DNA of 35,112 nt. Source: an uncultured Alphaproteobacteria bacterium. Lineage in GTDB: Bacteria; Pseudomonadota; Alphaproteobacteria; RF32; CAG-239. The notes beneath the pieces were generated by a model. That model was not told where the DNA came from. It saw nothing but the letters and a program-made list of their open reading frames with translations, and made no database searches. This document shows, piece after piece, positions 33,319 through 35,112 of this stretch; the stretch's first letter is position 1; every line of letters starts with the position of its first letter. The DNA is taken from positions 1 through 35,112 of the forward strand of contig URWU01000002.1 of NCBI GenBank assembly GCA_900551585.1, in the 5' to 3' direction. The position numbers and the translations under genes are program-made.

Positions 33319-33466
33319 TTTGATAATCCTTTACAAAGAAACAGGTTAATACAAATTGAGGCACATTGCCTCGTTATAAACTAGAAAATGTGGGAATTAA
33401 TGTTTCTTAATGTAAAGATAAAATCAATAAATCGAGAACTACTCTTAAACCACAGAGCTTAGTTAT
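33319..33466 (-). promoter_or_regulatory. long (~150 nt) cspA 5' UTR
   Basis: Minus-strand promoter TTGTAA (33496-33501), 17-nt spacer, TATATA (33473-33478). The UTR contains the hairpin GAGGCA-ATG-TGCCTC (33359-33373). AAGGA RBS. Confidence 0.5.
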
Positions 33467-33616
33467 AATTTCTATATAACCCCTTTTTACCTTAATTACA
33501 AGCTATATTTAAATTATTTATTTTGACTACTGCGCAATCCGTTATTAAAACCGGGGCAAAGCGTTCCGGAGGTCAAAGCTTTTTGGTGCGATGAAGATAA
33601 GATTCCATTTGAGCAT

Positions 33617-33832
33617 ATGCGTGACAATGACTGTGATTGGTTTAAGCTTTATAAGGAAAACGGCTATGTCAATAATCCGGTGTATATTCGCGAAAAAAAC
33701 AAAATGACCGGCAGTCTGGCACCTTGGCAGGTTGAGGAAGCCCAAAAAGAAAATGAAGTCTATGAGACTGAACAAATGCTGTGGGTCAAATTTCCCCGTT
33801 TGGCTGAAAAGTGGAGTCGTTACGAGCGCTGA
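33617..33832 (+). CDS. hypothetical small protein (71 aa), doubtful
   Basis: ORF without a Shine-Dalgarno sequence. The frame stays open 66 nt upstream of the ATG with no ATG, GTG or TTG codon in that stretch (only a CTG near its 5' end). The 3' end overlaps the convergent DUF488 gene by 13 nt. Confidence 0.3.
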   Translation: MRDNDCDWFKLYKENGYVNNPVYIREKNKMTGSLAPWQVEEAQKENEVYETEQMLWVKFPRLAEKWSRYER

Positions 33833-34182
33833 GCTTCTTCTTGCAAATATTCTTTTAAGACAATGGCGTGATTATGTTCGGTGTCTTTGGCGGCATAAAC
33901 CAGCGTTACCAGCGGATGTTTTTCCAAAGCCTCCAGCACCTCTTTGACACTGACGGCATTAGCGTCCAATTCATGCATATATTCTTCCTTAAACTCGCCA
34001 AAACGCTCGGGAACATGCCCAAACCATTCTCTGAGCTTGGTTGACGGTGCAATATCTTTATCCCACCAGTCAATGGCTGCTTCTTCTTTACTAACGCCGC
34101 GCGGCCAGATTCTGTCCACCAAAATCCGGTAGCCGTCATTTTTCTCCGGTTGTTCATAAACGCGTTTGATTTTAATCTCCAT
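33820..34182 (-). CDS. DUF488 (YeaO-like) family protein
   Basis: MEIKIKRVYEQPEKNDGYRILVDRIWPRGVSKEEAAIDWWDKDIAPSTKLREWFGH is the classic DUF488 N-terminus. The start at 34182 has GAGGAG upstream; the ORF-track start at 34317 is an extension. Confidence 0.85.
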   Translation of the reverse strand: MEIKIKRVYEQPEKNDGYRILVDRIWPRGVSKEEAAIDWWDKDIAPSTKLREWFGHVPERFGEFKEEYMHELDANAVSVKEVLEALEKHPLVTLVYAAKDTEHNHAIVLKEYLQEEAQRS

Positions 34183-34284
34183 GACATATCTCCTCAACTG
34201 TTTAGAGAATATATAAAACTGTTTATAGATATTTAAAGCGCCGTCAAAATGACTACATAAAAGGACAAAAGAAGGAGAAGTTTT

Positions 34285-34965
34285 ATGTTTGGACGCCATC
34301 GTTATTTTTTTCATCACAGCCGCGTAAAAGAATTTTTCAGCCGCAGCTGGGATTTTTTAACCAGTAAAACCGGGGCTTTTCTGATTGGTATTTCTGCCAT
34401 TTTGGTTGGAAGCTATCAATTTTATATCAATAAACCGATTTTAGAATATGTTGCCGTAACAAATAATGTCATTTCTTCCAATAATGACAATGATTTCAAA
34501 GTGATTGTCAAATCGCAGGAATACAAAGACCTGTATCAAACCAATGTCACGCTGATAAACAACGGCGAGCAGGCTCTTGCCGGCAGCGATGTCTCAAAAA
34601 TCGGCCATGATCCGATAAGGATTGTCGTTCCCAAAGATGCCGGCATGACCCATTTCACGATTGATAAAAATCAGACCTCTCCGGCGGTAACGGCCAATTT
34701 ACAGGAAATTGAAAATTCAATCGTCATTACCTTTGATTTCCTCAACCCCGGCAATCAGATAACAACCACCATTTTGCACAAGAATAATGTCGGCGGTTTC
34801 AAAATTGTCGGCTCGGCGGTAAATGTCAATGAAATTACGCCGGCTTGGAGCGAACATGATATTTTAACCTCAATCATAGCTGCTTTGTCTCTGGCCAGTA
34901 TTTTGCTTCTGGCTAACGTTCTGGCCCGTTCACAGAAAAAACACCGCCATTTAAACAGGCTTTGA
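34285..34965 (+). CDS. hypothetical bitopic membrane protein
   Basis: GGAG RBS. N-terminal TM (GAFLIGISAILVGSY), a beta-rich middle region, a C-terminal TM (ILTSIIAALSLASILLLANVLA) and a basic tail. Confidence 0.55.
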   Translation: MFGRHRYFFHHSRVKEFFSRSWDFLTSKTGAFLIGISAILVGSYQFYINKPILEYVAVTNNVISSNNDNDFKVIVKSQEYKDLYQTNVTLINNGEQALAGSDVSKIGHDPIRIVVPKDAGMTHFTIDKNQTSPAVTANLQEIENSIVITFDFLNPGNQITTTILHKNNVGGFKIVGSAVNVNEITPAWSEHDILTSIIAALSLASILLLANVLARSQKKHRHLNRL

Positions 34966-35020
34966 CATTTTTTAACACTGCTTTTAGACTATAAAAAAAC
35001 ATTTTTTTTAAGAGTTAGAA

Positions 35021-35112
35021 ATGCAGCAAAAAATTTTCAAACCTGATTATTCGCACGGATTGGTGAATTTAAGCAATTCGCTGGCGGTTCACTTCGGCTT
35101 CTGTCTCTTATA
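35021..35112 (+). CDS. 5' end of an unassigned ORF running off the window
   Basis: The ATG at 35021 opens a frame (MQQKIFKPDYSHGLVNLSNSLAVHFGF...) with no stop before the window end. It is too short to assign. Confidence 0.3.
   Translation, partial: MQQKIFKPDYSHGLVNLSNSLAVHFGFCLL

Overview
The window reads as a chromosomal segment of a moderately AT-rich Gram-negative bacterium. The gene order suggests an alphaproteobacterium, possibly an intracellular or amoeba-associated lineage. This rests on yceD-rpmF-plsX-fabH-ihfA-merR synteny, divergent recG/mfd, and bamE next to an outer-membrane beta-barrel gene; it is inference, not a database result. Core genes I recognise: recG, mfd, an RhlE-like DEAD-box helicase, bamE, yceD, rpmF, plsX, fabH, ihfA, a MerR regulator, cspA, Hsp20, a CNNM/CorC-type transporter, an EamA transporter, tRNA-Pro(GGG), two GNAT acetyltransferases, DUF488, DUF3175, an EFR1-type ferredoxin and a hypoxanthine-DNA glycosylase. 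Several orphan or accessory patches sit between these. (1) 1-4500: tandem lectin-like (DUF1566-like) paralogs, an unclassified ~275-nt structured RNA ending in an intrinsic terminator just before a small HTH gene, and a palindromic repeat. (2) 6584-8315: an HAD phosphatase plus an archaeal-type glycerol-1-phosphate dehydrogenase. (3) 8408-10317: a protein built from about 13 copies of a 20-21-residue repeat. (4) 12100-15345: three promoter-gene-terminator cassettes sharing a GTTGACTTTTGTCTAA promoter module that also drives tRNA-Pro. (5) 28630-31381: a membrane-anchored T4-lysozyme-like protein and a Cys/His papain-fold-like protein abutting tRNA-Pro, with a decayed tRNA-Pro 5' half nearby. 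I found no CRISPR array, integrase, transposase or rRNA. Many ORF-track entries are antisense shadows inside long genes, and several real genes start downstream of the ORF-track start. The candidates I rank highest for novelty are the structured RNA/HTH unit and the promoter-linked orphan cassette family. Neither can be assigned a function from sequence alone.
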